Assembly (NCBI RefSeq): GCF_964204645.1
Contig: NC_134034.1
Span: 1,674,072 to 1,738,071 of the forward strand
Source: Tubulanus polymorphus
Taxonomy: Eukaryota; Animalia; Nemertea
Reading direction: 5' to 3'
Length of the DNA stretch: 64,000 nucleotides
The notes beneath the pieces are model-generated. The model was not told the origin of the DNA. It did not search any database and worked only from the letters and a program-made list of their open reading frames with translations. Positions 51,741 through 64,000 of this stretch are shown here, piece after piece (position 1 is the stretch's first letter; each line of letters begins with the position of its first letter). A program made the translations under genes and the position numbers.

Positions 51741-54700
51741 CTAATAAATATCCGTCTGTTCCTCCCTGCGTCCTCTCTGATTAATCACCACCTTCGAATG
51801 AGTAACGATATTTTTGCCGTTCGGCCCGGTTGCTGGCCCGGTCGACGCCGGGTTCGCAGGCGTCCCGTACGAGCGAGATTTACCCGACTCTAAACTACCC
51901 GTACTTTCACTGTCGCTCGACGATGTTTTCTCTTTCGTATCCGTGGTGATGATCGTTGACGCGGCGCGTGCTCTGATCTCCGGGCTACGCACGACCTGAC
52001 GTAAGTTGATGTTCTGCTCTTGTAAATCCGGTCGGTTCAAGTTCGAGTAAACGCCGGCCATTAGATCTTTCTCGAACCGCGACATCCCTCCGCCTCGCGG
52101 CGACCTCTGCTGACCGGGCGGCACCGGCAACGCTTCTGATATACCTCCTCGACCTCGAGGAGGTTGCTGCGACGCTGGAGGCGGCGGCAATACCTCAGAC
52201 ATACCTCCCTGACCTCTGGGAGGCTGTTGCGAGGTCGGTGGAGATGGCAACGCTTCTGTCAAGCCTCCACGACCTCTGGGAGGTTGCTGAGAGGTTGGTG
52301 GAGGCGGCAATGCCTCAGACATACCTCCACGACCTCTGGGTGGTTGCTGAGAGGTAGGCGGAGGTGGTAGGGCCTCAGACATACCTCCGCGACCTCTCGG
52401 AGGCTGTTGCGAGGTCGGTAAAGGCGGAAGGGCCTCAGACATACCACCGCGACCTCTGGGAGGTTGCTGGGAGGTCGGTGAATGCGATTGTAAATTCTCC
52501 GATTGCGAGCAGCGAATATTTTCGATGTTCTCGTAATCGCCGTCAGACGTGACAGCGAAACCCTGCCCGGGAATCACCGAAAAACACCTGCTACTGCGCC
52601 GTGGCGGGGGTGGAGGCGGCGTCTTCTTCTGAGGTGGCGTCTGCTCGCCGTGTTTACTCATATCGACACCAGGTGGCAGTTGAGGCAGCGGTTTGTTATA
52701 ACCGGGTATAGTCTCGGCCGGTACCGGCGGGAAGCTGCGTAATTTCGGATGCGGGTGCGGTAGTTCGGTCATATGAACCCACGGATCGAAACTAACGCTC
52801 TTTCCGCCCGATTGTTGCACGCCCGCGGCGACCGTAATGACCTTCGCCGCCGGGTTTTCCTCGTGGAACGATTGCGACATGGTGGCGCCGCCGGTTGTCG
52901 TCGGCGCGATCGTCTGCCCGCCGTGGTACGAATTCGACATCAAACCGGGCATCGCGTAGTGCGCCGATAACCCGCTAGACGGCGCCGTTGCCACGTTCAC
53001 GGACGGCTCCGCCTCTTTGCGTAGATCGTCGTGGAACGAAGCCGACGCGAGGACCGCGTTGCGTGGAATCGAATTATTCGTCGTTTCGGCCATCGATAGA
53101 GGGCGCTGTCTGAGCGTGTACGGCGAGGCTGGCTCCGACTTGGAACGTTCGAGGAGAATCTGCGATTTAAGCAGCAGCGGAGACGCGTACAACGACTCGG
53201 AGCCACCCGTCGTTTTAACCAACGAGCGTTGAACGTTCGCGTAAATCGATTCCGCTCGTGTCGGATACAGATTCGTTTGAGCGTATAACGGATCGGTGGC
53301 GCCACCTGCCGGCGACGATATCGACCGACCGTAATAACCGTCGAAACCGGAGGACGCGGGCGGCGGCGAGAACGACGACATGACGACCGCCGGCGGATTG
53401 CGTAACGGCGACGTCGACGACGGAACGGTGATGTATTCGACGGGCGCCGGTTGAATCGTCAAGGTCGTCATCGATTCGCGTTGAGGGAAATCGGAATCGC
53501 GTACCGGTATTTCGTTTATACCGATCGGCGTCTGCTGCAGCTGCGCGGTCGTCGCGGCGACGGAATGAGCAGACGCTTTTTTAACGATCATCGCAGACGA
53601 ATTCGAATTATTCTCGACGATGAATTTCACGTCTGCTTTGACGTCTTTACTGTCCTTCCTAGGGGGCGTTTTCTGTCCTTTTTTCTCCGTCTGCTGCTGC
53701 TGCTGAACGTCTGCCGTTTTCGATGATTCCGCCGCCGCCGCTGCAGATGTCTTATCCGACTTCTTCGACTTCCCGGCCAAAAATCCGAACCGCGACGTCG
53801 TGCGCTCTTTGTTCTTCTCTTTCTCCCGTTTCTCTTTTTCTTTCTCTTGTCTCGCGCGTTCTTTCTCTCTCTCTTTCATTTTCTCGCGCTCCCGTAGAAT
53901 TCGTTCTTTCTCTTTTTGCTGACGCATTTTCTCCAGTTCTTTTTCTTTCAATTTCGCGCCTTTTTCTTTCGCCGCTTTTTCCTTCGCGCCGGATTTACCG
54001 TCCGTCGACGACGAGCCGTCCGACTTTTTTCCCGACGATCCGGTCGGCGTTCGCGCCGAACTACTACCGCTGCTACTAGCACCGCCGGGACTACGCGACG
54101 CCGTACCGTTACTCGAAGTCGGCGTGCGCCCGCCACCGCCGTTCGTCGTCGGACTCTGCCCGCTAGGTGGCGTTGTCGTCGTCGATAATTTTTCGCCGGG
54201 TTTCGTTTCGCGCAGGTTTTTGCTGGCGATCTCAAGCGATTTCTCGAATTTTAACGCTTCTTGAGAACACTGGATTTTTTTCATGCGTTCACGAGACGAT
54301 TCAGCCGCCTGCGGAGAGAGAATTGAAAGATAATATTCGGAAGAACAATATTCTACAAGTAGAGCAGTTTAATTAACTTTAACCTGTATGGGCTGGTTTC
54401 AAAGGTCACTTTTAACTTGAAAGTGTATGGGATAGATTTATAGACCAGTTCTAATATGAACCCTGCAGGGGCTGGTTTTATAGACCAGTTTTAACTTGAA
54501 GCCTGCAGGGACTGGTTTTATAGACCAGTTCTAATATGAACCCTGCAGGGGCTGGTTTTATAGACCAGTTCTAATGTGAACCCTGCAGGGGCTGGTTTTA
54601 TAGACCAGTTTTAACTTGAAGCCTGCAGGGGCTGGTTTTATAGACCAGTTCTAATGTGAACCCTGCAGGGACTGGTTTTATAGACCAGTTTTAACTTGAA

Positions 54701-57700
54701 CCCTGCAGGGACTGGTTTTATAGACCAGTTCTAATGTGAACCCTGCAGGGGCTTGTTTTGTAGACCAGTTCTAATGTGAACCCTGCAGGGGCTGGTTTTA
54801 TAGACCAGTTTCAACTTGAACCTTGCAGGGACTGGTTTTATAGACCAGTTTTAACTTGAACCTTGCAGGGACTGGTTTTTATAGAACAGCTTTAACTTGA
54901 ACCCTGCAGGGGCTGGTTTTATAGACCAGTATTAACTTGAACCCTGCAGGGGCTGGTTTTATAGACCAGTTTTAACTTGAACCTTGCAGGGACTGGTTTT
55001 TATAGAACAGCTTTACCTGGCACCTTCGAATAACTTGCATCGAATTTTTAGCTCAATGTTTCATGTTCAATAAAATCATCCCTAGATTTTTCAACTTACA
55101 ATCCCAATCTTTTCAATTGCTTTCAATCTACTGACTAATCCATTAAAACAAATTCATCGTAAAATTCAGTCCTATTTAGAAAGTGACAGTAAAAAGGAGG
55201 GCTCCGATTAAATGGTGGCTCACCTCGACACTCTGCATCCGAGCGTCGTGGTCGGGAACCATCGCTTGTATATTCGCTAATATCGCGTTTTTATCCTCCT
55301 GTTTCGGCGATGCGTTCGTGTGAAAATTCGGAGGATTCGGAACCTGATTTTCTTGCACGGTCGACAATCTGAAAACGAACGACAGACGTTAACCAGCCCT
55401 GGTGAGTGAGTATCGAATGACGAAAGCAGCAGCAATGCGCGATGATCTGGACCCAGTTCCTCAGCCGACTGGTCATAGATTACAAACTAATGACTGACAC
55501 TTTTTTCTCATAATTTTCACACAATTTCATGATTTTTCACAGATTTTCATTATTTTTCACAACTTCTTAAGCAGACGTCGTCAATTCGACCCCCAGTAAT
55601 CTATACGGATTTGAAAGCACAAACTTTTGTTACCTTTTTAGAGTATAAAGCGTTCCTGTGAGTTTCTTACATCGACGCAAACAGTTATCAATATGTTCCG
55701 GTTCTTCGCGCAGAAACCTGCAACAAAACCAACAATGATTATAGATAGATACATATCGCTACGACAACCAGTACGGAAAATAGCGATAAGAACTTACGTT
55801 TCCTCCCTGACTACTATTTCCATCTCTCCGGCCATCACCGATTTCATCTCATCCATCAGTTTAGGGAAAGTTCCTGTCAAAATACACACATAGAATATCT
55901 TGAAAATATCTGGATTTAAATTTGACTGGACAGTTAATGGATTACTGTGTTCCTTAGCAGGGATTTGAAACTGATAGCATCATGAGACTCTGTCACAGTA
56001 CAAACCCCTGTCCTAGTAGTCACATCCTCCATCAGCAGGGATTTGAACCTGATGACATCATCATGAGACTCTGTCACAGTACAAACCCCTGTCCTAGTAG
56101 TCACATCCTCCCTCAGCAGAGATTTGAACCTGATGACATCGTGAGACTGTCACAGTACAAACCCCTGTCCTAGTAGACACATCCTCCCTCAGCAGGGATT
56201 TGAACCTGATGACATCGTTAGACTCTGCCATGCTTCTCGTTTACCATTGTATACCTTTACCCACCTTTTAATTCAGCTAATGATCGACTGACTTGACTGA
56301 GAGATAAAGCTAAAGCTTCGATATCATTTGGAATCACGCGACATCTCTTACTGACGACGCCATTCCTTAAATCTTCGACAGCCGACTCTAAATCACTAAA
56401 AATAAAACAATTCATTCATTAAAACTATAAAAATAAAGTCCTGGGGGGTTTGTAGGGAGTTGGGGAAGGGGTGAGGGGGAGTGATATTTACCTGAGTTGA
56501 TGACTGACGCGCTGTGAATCTGACTGATACAGTGTTATACTAGTATTCAGTGTTTGTCTCTGAGCTCGCACTGTGAGCCCGGATGGGGGAGGGGGAGTGT
56601 TGGGGGAGGGGATGAGGGGAGTGATATTTACCTGAGTTGATGACTGACGCGCTGTGAATCTGACTGATACAGTGTTATACTAGTATTCAGTGTTTGTCTC
56701 TGAGCTCGCACTGTGAGCCCGGACGGGGAGGGGGAGTGTTGGGGGAGGGGATGAGGGGAGTGATATTTACCTGAGTTGATGACTGACGCGCTGTGAATCT
56801 GACTGATACAGTGTTATACTAGTATTCAGTGTTTGTCTCTGAGCTCGCACTGGTTGATCATTAGCACCGGGAACGGCTCCTATAATTCTCTACAAACAAA
56901 CAAAAACAAATACTATTTGAGACTGGAGCGAGATGAAAGGTTGTGAAGAAGGAGAGGTTTGGGGAGGAGTGTGGACAGAGAATTCACCGGGAATTGAGTG
57001 AGGTTTGAGCAGTGATTAGGTTAAGAGAAGCAGTAAGAGGTTTGAGGGATGATTTGGGAGGCAAATGAGTTTAGGAGGGAGGCAAGGAGGTTAGGTAAGG
57101 AGGTAAGTGATATTTGAGGCCGGAGCAGTGAAGGCAGAGAGAGTTTGGGGAGAGGAGAGAAGAGGGAGGCGCAAAGAAGAGTTTGGGGAGAGGAGGAGGT
57201 GAGAGGAGAGGAGGGACAAGTTGTGAAGGAGGGAGGGAGGGAGGAGTGTGAACCGAGGAGCAAGAAAGAATTTAGAGAGGTTTGAGCAGGGATAAGATTA
57301 GAGGTAGTAAAAGCTTTGGGGCAGAATTAGGAGGTTAATGAGGGAGGTAGAGTTTAAAAGGAGGTTATAGCGAGGGAGGTTATTGATTACCTGTAACTCT
57401 TTGCCGGTCTCGTAAATCATGTCTCTCATAGTTTCCGAAGCTGCCAGCTGCTCTCGTCGAAGCTGTTTCACCTCGGAGCTCAGCTCGCGAGCTTTCGAAC
57501 GCAACGACTGCAACGACTTCTGCGCGTCGGAGTTCAATATCGTCGGAGTCGGAGTTTGAGTCGGAGTCGACGACGACACGTCGGATAAACCTACAATAAT
57601 CGACAACACGCTCCGTCAGGATTGTGGAATGGAACTGTGGATCAGTTCCGCAGACGAGGGTGGAAATTGTTGACCCAGTTCCACAGTGAGTCAGTCTTGA

Positions 57701-60700
57701 TATCCACGACAGTAGATGTAGTGTGTACCGATAACTGGGTCATTGTGGAACAGGACCCCCCAAAATCAACCTTAGACAATAGTGAAGCTAGGGGCGGATC
57801 GTGGGGTCTTACAACGTTTCTGTAAAACAAGTGCCCAATTTTGTTGAAATGGGCAAAAATACGAAATTCTGGACGAAGTGTCTAAAGGGGGCACTGCCAG
57901 AATGCCTTTGGATTCATCTCAAAGCTGGGCGCTGAATCAGTGGGATAGAATTGACTGTAACTTAGGCTAATAACCATCACCCCTAAACCTGACCCCATTA
58001 ACAATGTGAATTCAACGATGAGAGAAATGTAACTAGTCAAATTACAGTTTCACTCAGTGGAATACTACGGATCTTTAGTTACAAATCTAACCGCTAGGTG
58101 GTGTTCATCAGCAGACGGTTATTATTACAGTTTTTCTCCGATAGATGGCGTTCTAACCGATATGCAATAGCAGACTATATCGAGAAGCAGTCACTCGAAA
58201 ACATTCAAAGCAAAATCCACTCACCACACATTGCATACAGTCACAAACAATGTTTAAACATTAGTCCTCTAAAACCGATCCCAACACCTTTAGTTAGAGA
58301 AAGGGGGCCAGGCGGGGCCTGAACAGAAAGGGGATCAGGGCCAAGCCTAGCAGCTACTCAACTGAAGAGGTTCAATACCCAAGCTCGATATCTTATACCC
58401 CCGCAGCAGCGGAGTCCGATCTGAACTACCGAAATACAAGAACAAAATTTACAAATAGGGAACCGCACACCAGCTATCCCACCAGATGGCGTCGTAAGCA
58501 CTCAGTCATAATTGATGAAAAACCTTTGAACTGAATTCCTAGGCTGCAGAATCCATACATTATCACAGGGCCATAATTGATTCATTTAAGAGAAAATTTC
58601 ATTCGATTTGAATTGGATCCTTATGGGATCCTCACTTGCCATAAGTGGAATCATTGATTGCCAGTTCCCCTTTGTTTACAGAATTTCAAAGTTTAGCCGG
58701 CTAACATGCTGAGATCCCCTACGCTATGATACTGATGCAGGTAGGGGGTTAGAGAGAGAGACAGAGAGAGTGAGTGAGTTATTTCTATCACCTCGCGGTA
58801 AATTATGCCCAATACAGACAATCACACACATGTCTAAAACACTGCCAAAATGAACCCAGTTTCCACAGCTGCGGAATTATTCATCCACAACCGTGGAACC
58901 GAGCTCCTGAAGCCGAACTGTACGTAAATAATAATAACAGCCTGTAACATGTAAATATATCGACATGTGCATGTATATCTAACATGTACATGTACCATTA
59001 CAGGTGACATGAAGCTTAGAAACTTTAACATGTGCATGTCACATGAGGCACATGACATGTAACATGTGCATACACATGTAGCTTAGTAACGTAACATGTA
59101 CTGTGTGAAGCTTTACACACGTTCGTGTGACTCTTTTCGTAAGAAGTTTCGCTGGGAAAACATGTAAATGTTTCAGTAAAACATGTACATGTGCCTGTAA
59201 CATGTAGATGTTTTAGACATGTACATGTTGTTAGATGATAATACCTGGTTTTAACGAGGCGGGAGGAAGACATTGTCTCTCCTTACGGTCAACTGTAAAC
59301 ACAACAAATATATCAAATAATCACCTCTCAATGTAAGACAGAGAGAGAGGTATAGATAGAGAGAGAGAGAGGTTGGGAGAGGTTGGGAGAGGTACTTACT
59401 GCCGGTTGTTTGTATCGACGATGAGTCGGATATAATACTATTACGACTAACGGTACTAGCTCTGTCCGAATCCTGTATCACCACTGATTGTTGAACCCAC
59501 GCGGTCAGCGACGCTAATTGTGCTTCCATTTTAGCCATTCTATCCCTGAAACATACGATTGAACATATCATCTTAACGGCGCTACCGTTTATCAAACCTA
59601 TTAGACTTTATCCCTAGTAGTAGCACGCACAAGTGCTTATCAAAGCCTAAGATCCCGACAGATGGTTTAAAGCTATCAGTCTTTCACCAGTCTCTCATCA
59701 ATGCACAGTTCATGATACACCAATTGAAGCTGATTGGGTTGATGGTAAACTGCTAATAATACCCTGAGTGGCACTCAGCGGTTTGAAGGTAGCCTGCCCT
59801 GAGTGGCACTCAGCGGAATTAAAGGTAGCCTGCCCTGAGTGGCACTCAGCGGAATTAAAGGTAGCCTGCCCTGAGTGGCACTCAGCGGATTGAAGGTAGC
59901 CTGCCCTGATTGATGGAGCTCAGTGGATTGAAGGTAACCTGCCCTGATTGATGGAGCTCAGCGGATTGAAGGTAGCCTGCCCTGAGTGGCACTCAGCGGT
60001 TTGAAGGTAGCCTGCCCTGAGTGGCACTCAGCGGTTTGAAGGTAGCCTGCCCTGATTGATGGAGCTCAGCGGATTGAAGGTAGCCTGCCCTGAGTGGCAC
60101 TCAGTGGATTGAAGGTAGGCCGCCCTGATTGATGGAGCTCAGCGGATTGAAGCTAGCCTGCCCTGAGTGGCACTCAGCGGTTTGAAGGTAGCCTGCCCTG
60201 AGTGGCACTCAGCCAGCCCTGATTGATGGAGCTCAGCGGATTGAAGGTAGCCTGCCTGATTGATGGAGCTCAGCGGATTGAAGGTAGCCTGCCCTGATTG
60301 ATGGAGCTCAGCGGATTGAAGGATGAATACTCACGTAGACTGTCCGTTTCGCGGAGTTGAGCTGCCTGAGTTTGCGCCGCTGTTCTGTTGATTGTCTGCT
60401 ATTATCTGCGAGTGATAACTGTTACTGTGCGGTATTAGGTGTTCGTGTAACGAACCGGTGCTGCCCCCTGCCGTATTAGGAACGCATGGCACCGAGTGAC
60501 GATGGTTCATCAGAACCCCGCCGCTGTTTACACGTTCTAGATAAAATAAACAAAAATATTCATGCATAATAGTACCAGTAAGGGCCACCAGGGGCAGAGA
60601 TAGTCTAAGGGCAAAGAAAATCTAGGGGCACCACCAATAACTACAAGGGGAACACTAGGGCCGATAGAAATGTTTAAGGGTTCCACAAACATGAGGCATG

Positions 60701-61560
60701 AACTTCGTACGTGGGAGCATACAATTCAATTAATTTTAATGACCACTAGGGGGAGTTACATCCCCTTCAAATTTTGAGGAAGCTTCCGGACCACTTTCAT
60801 ATCCCAATTACTGGAGACTTCTCCATCAATCGGTACAGTTTATCTCGGTAAAATCATTAATTCGGTGGTTTCGTGAACAAATTCTTATCCTTTACATTAC
60901 CTAAACTTAATTCCTATTCCTAATTTAGCACCCTCCCTAAAAAATCCCAACTGTATCCATTTAGGCAAAGTTTACTGTACAACTAAAAACTAGACAAATA
61001 CTTTTAATTCCCTTTTAAGAGTTTTATTTCAAATTTAAAGGATTTTCGGGCAAACACTCGAACACCTTTCAAAGCATTTTCCATTTAGAAGTTTTTTAGG
61101 AATCAAAGAGTCGTAGGGACTATGTTACAAGACTTAACTCCCGTTTAAGGACCCACTGGACTTGTACGATGATATAAGTCAGTATAGGGGGAGACACTGA
61201 TGAATTACGTACCTCTCGAGGAAGACCGGGAACCGGATCGTTGAGGTGACTGCGGTAATGATGACGGTTGTTGTCTATAGGGGGAGCCGCAAGGACTCGG
61301 TCGATGTTGCGGTAGCGGAGAATGTCCATTCTGATAGTGTGGAGGGTAGTGCTGAGGTGAATGTGGACTTCGAGGCTGAAAATAAACAACGGAATTTTAA
61401 CAGAATACGTAGCAATGAATGGCGGAATACAGAATAACAATAATAATGTTAATAATAATAATAATAATAAAATAATAATGATAATAATAATAATAATAAG
61501 TCTTAAATAGCGCTAATTTAGCTCATGAAAAACCTTAATCATATTTCTAGAAATAGATGT

Positions 61561-61602
<42 letters not shown>

Positions 61603-61612
61603 TAATAATAAT

Positions 61613-61662
<50 letters not shown>

Positions 61663-63557
61663 TAATAATAATAAATGTCTTAAATAGCGCTAATCCAGCT
61701 CATGAAAACCCGCTCAGAGCGCTTAACATAAAAGCCTCATTAAAGAGGAAATGTTTAAGCTGCCTCCTGAAGATCTCCAAAGATGGTATAGACCGGAGGA
61801 ATAGAGGAAGCAAACATTTTGAGACCAATATGAATGATTTAGCAACCTTATAGATCAAAGAGTCCAACCGTTGAGACATTCTAAACGGTGTTTAAACCTG
61901 TACCTTAAATACCTAGGTATAAACGTATTTCGCAATATAATTCAGGAGCAGATCGAGTATCTGATTCAGGGAGGGGTGCATTCCCGAAATAGGGCATATC
62001 CCTCATTGAAAGCGCACCTGATCATCGGAAAACATATTACCTTATTTTATGAAATTAAAGAGAACGTGTTTATATGAATTGAAACTTTGTATGCATCGGT
62101 TGATAATTTTCATTTTCCCTCAGAATTTCAGGGCAACTTGACTCTTCAGGGATGCACACCCTGCACTTCCCCTCCGGTCTGCCATCGCTGATAGCTCTTC
62201 CCCCTATTGGTGAAGTTTCTAACTAACCTCATGCATATAAACCTGCTGTGGACTAGCTAGACTGGAGGTATAGCTCGACGACTTGGATGGTGGTTGATTT
62301 AAACTCTGACAGCTGTTCGTTAACGGATTGCCGAATTGATCCAATTCTTGTATCTTTAATACTGAACGGTCTTGTATATCTCTGTAATAAACCATCGATA
62401 TCACTCTCCGTCACATGTACATGTTATCCATAACATGTACATGTTAACCATAACATGTACATGTTTCTAACACATTTATACGAAAATGTACACATTGCCT
62501 TCATGTTTCAATCACATGAAGTTGCGCACACGTTTCTTGTAAAGTTGTAAATGTTTTCCACAAATTTAAATGCTCCCAATTCAATATCTCAATGCGATAG
62601 TAGAAACATGTAGATATGATAGAAACATGTAAATGAACATGTACATGTGACAGAAACATGTATAGGAATAATAATAAATGTTTCTATACATGTTTTGGGC
62701 ATTTGGCTAAAATTAAAGTAATTTCAAACACCTTTGAAAGAAGTTTTTAAGGAATCAAGGAATCGTAGGGACCCTGTAAAACATGATTCTATCACATTTA
62801 ACCCTTTCAGAGCTGACTAATTAATACCCTATAGCGCTGGAGATAATTTGAAAATTTTAAGAAATTCCAACCTAGTGTGTTGAATAACGGGAATACCACT
62901 ATAGTGCGTCTACACCGCAGTGCGGTGTATCGTTAGTTACTAGTATTTCACTATGTTTGACAGATGCTGCCATTTTTCAAGAGAGATAACTAATTACATC
63001 AATACACTGCAGTGCGGTGTACTAGCAAAAATCCGTCACTGATTAATGCACCGCACTGCGGTGTAGATGCACTGAAAGGGTTAAGTTACATTGATTGATG
63101 CTTAATAATTATATATAATTAATCTATATATCATTTATTGTCAATAATAATTATATTTCAAGGCGTCTAAATTAAACATTTCACGATAATAAGTAATTAC
63201 TAATTAAATCAATACACCGCAGTGCGGTGGACTAGCAAAATCCTTCACCGATTTATACACCGCACTGCGGTGTAGACGCACTGAAAGGGTTAAGTATCAC
63301 ATCTAAAATTAAACACGAATTGTGACGCTCAGAATACCGAGCAGCGTTCTCTACGTACCTGACGTGTTCCAGTTCGTAGTAAACGTTGCGTCGTTCGTCC
63401 AGAACGTAGATCTTAACGCGCGGAGAATCGAAATACTGCAACGTCAGTTTCCTCGAGAACGAACGCACGAACAACGCCTTCACCGTGTCGATGTGCGTGA
63501 TCTCGTTCGGCAGTATCGCGCGTTTCGTTTCATCTCGAAATATCAGAAACACGACCC
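51741..63557 (-). CDS. SRCIN1: SRCIN1 (p140Cap)/KIAA1217 (Sickle tail)/Drosophila CG32809 family AIP3-domain coiled-coil adaptor, 5'-partial (about 1395 aa in window)
   Basis: Exons 63557-63359, 62381-62228 (alt donor 62243), 61375-61213, 60536-60335, 59545-59400, 57590-57391, 56889-56771, 56395-56265, 55873-55798, 55717-55634, 55368-55224, 54308-51741(TAG); all in phase. Signature GVVFLIFRDETKRAILPNEITHIDTVKALFVRSF..NVYYELEHVRDIQDRSVLKI, RMAKMEAQLASLTAWVQ, DLESAVEDLR, EMEIVVREETFLREEP. Confidence 0.93.
54385..55015. repeat. 40-bp minisatellite x15, intronic
   Basis: AACCCTGCAGGGGCTGGTTTTATAGACCAGTTTTAACTTG. Confidence 0.94.
55955..56230. repeat. Intronic tandem repeat, about 76-81-bp unit x3.5
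   Basis: CAGCAGGGATTTGAACCTGATGACATC..GAGACTCTGTCACAGTACAAACCCCTGTCCTAGTAG. Confidence 0.88.
56470..56852 (-). repeat. Triplicated exon 3' half plus splice donor (139-140-bp unit)
   Basis: Three identical copies of the last ~80 nt of exon 56889-56771 with its CAG|GTAAAT donor; exon ends at 56771, 56632 and 56492. Confidence 0.9.
59762..60322. repeat. Intronic minisatellite, 35-38-bp unit, two interspersed variants
   Basis: GGTAGCCTGCC-[CTGAGTGGCACTCAG or CTGATTGATGGAGCTCAG]-CGG(A/T)TTGAA, about 15 units. Confidence 0.92.
61438..61860 (-). mobile_element. L2-clade LINE 3' fragment with (ATT)n tail and a duplicated tail piece
   Basis: Minus strand LPLFLRSIPSLEIFRRQLKHFLFNEAF, then TAAGCGCTCTGAG..AGCGCTATTTAAG and (TTA)n; a second tail at 61438-61533. 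Confidence 0.7.
62802..63080. mobile_element. TTAA-flanked MITE (piggyBac-like ends); extra right-end copy ending at 63289
   Basis: TTAA|CCCTTTCAG ... CTGAAAGGG|TTAA; internal TACACCGCAGTGCGGTGTA palindromes. Confidence 0.7.
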
Positions 63558-64000
63558 CTTTAGAGAAAATAAACGAAACAATTATCGCAAACGTTATTTC
63601 GGTTTCTCCGATGAAGTTTAGCCGAAATTTCGCGAAAGCGTCAACTGCCGGTTAACTGTTTGTTAACTCCAAATACTGAGATTGTTATCAGCGTGGACCA
63701 GTCACGTTATGAAGCCGGGTATCATTGCCCCTGACTCGGGATCCACACCTTCTGATTCAGCTTGATTTCGGTAGCCGGATTCGGACCGCAGCGCTCTCTA
63801 AATAGAATTCCGGTAGCTGACTGAACAGATGCAGTTTCCGTATACGAGCACATGTGGTTTAAATCCGGTAGCTGAGTCTAGACAGCTGCATTCTCCTAGG
63901 TTAAAATTCAGTAGCTGAATGAACAGGTGCAGTCTCCGTATACGAGCGCATGTAGGCAGTAGACACACACACACAGGTGCAGTAGCTGAATTAAACAGGC

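Noticed and set aside
58940-59230. ACATGT-rich tracts (also 62410-62700) as p53-like half-site arrays
   Set aside because: Degenerate low-complexity intronic repeat; no proper RRRCWWGYYY pairs or other support.
63749-63797. Possible extra upstream SRCIN1-like exon (RALRSESGYRNQAESE)
   Set aside because: Weak donor and no resemblance to the family's conserved upstream segment; the true upstream exons probably lie outside the window.

Overview
Eukaryotic genomic DNA from an invertebrate animal (GT-AG introns, no obvious CpG depletion, many MITEs and minisatellites); no prokaryotic features and no CRISPR array. Gene models were spliced by hand with consistent intron phases. They are: (1) the 3' part of a polypeptide GalNAc-transferase (GALNT) gene, + strand, 89-3751; (2) an 8-exon small ankyrin-repeat gene, + strand, 4206-7378; (3) a single-pass receptor on the - strand, 7834-15050, with a signal peptide, two F-type (fucose) lectin domains, FN3, a receptor-PTP-like stalk, a TM helix and a short tail with no phosphatase domain; (4) a signal peptide + WSC module on the - strand, 23721-24689, that is splice-phase compatible with gene 3; (5) an intronless neuropeptide-type precursor on the - strand, 33224-33918, encoding 8 related non-amidated '(F/L/M/Y)QxW' peptides, broken by a one-base frameshift in an A-run and preceded by a very dense ACGT/CRE-like cluster; (6) most of a SRCIN1/KIAA1217/CG32809 (AIP3-domain) gene, - strand, 51741-63557. 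Non-coding features are six dispersed tRNA-Asp(GUC) copies (4 identical and intact, 1 T-loop variant, 1 truncated), a U1 snRNA gene with a variant U1-70K loop, three Penelope-like insertions carrying minimal hammerhead ribozyme motifs with 12-bp TSDs, a head-to-tail stack of LINE 3' ends abutting a tRNA gene, several PIF/Harbinger-type MITEs and minisatellites that appear to derive from MITE ends. The best candidate for an undescribed system is the QxW peptide precursor locus.
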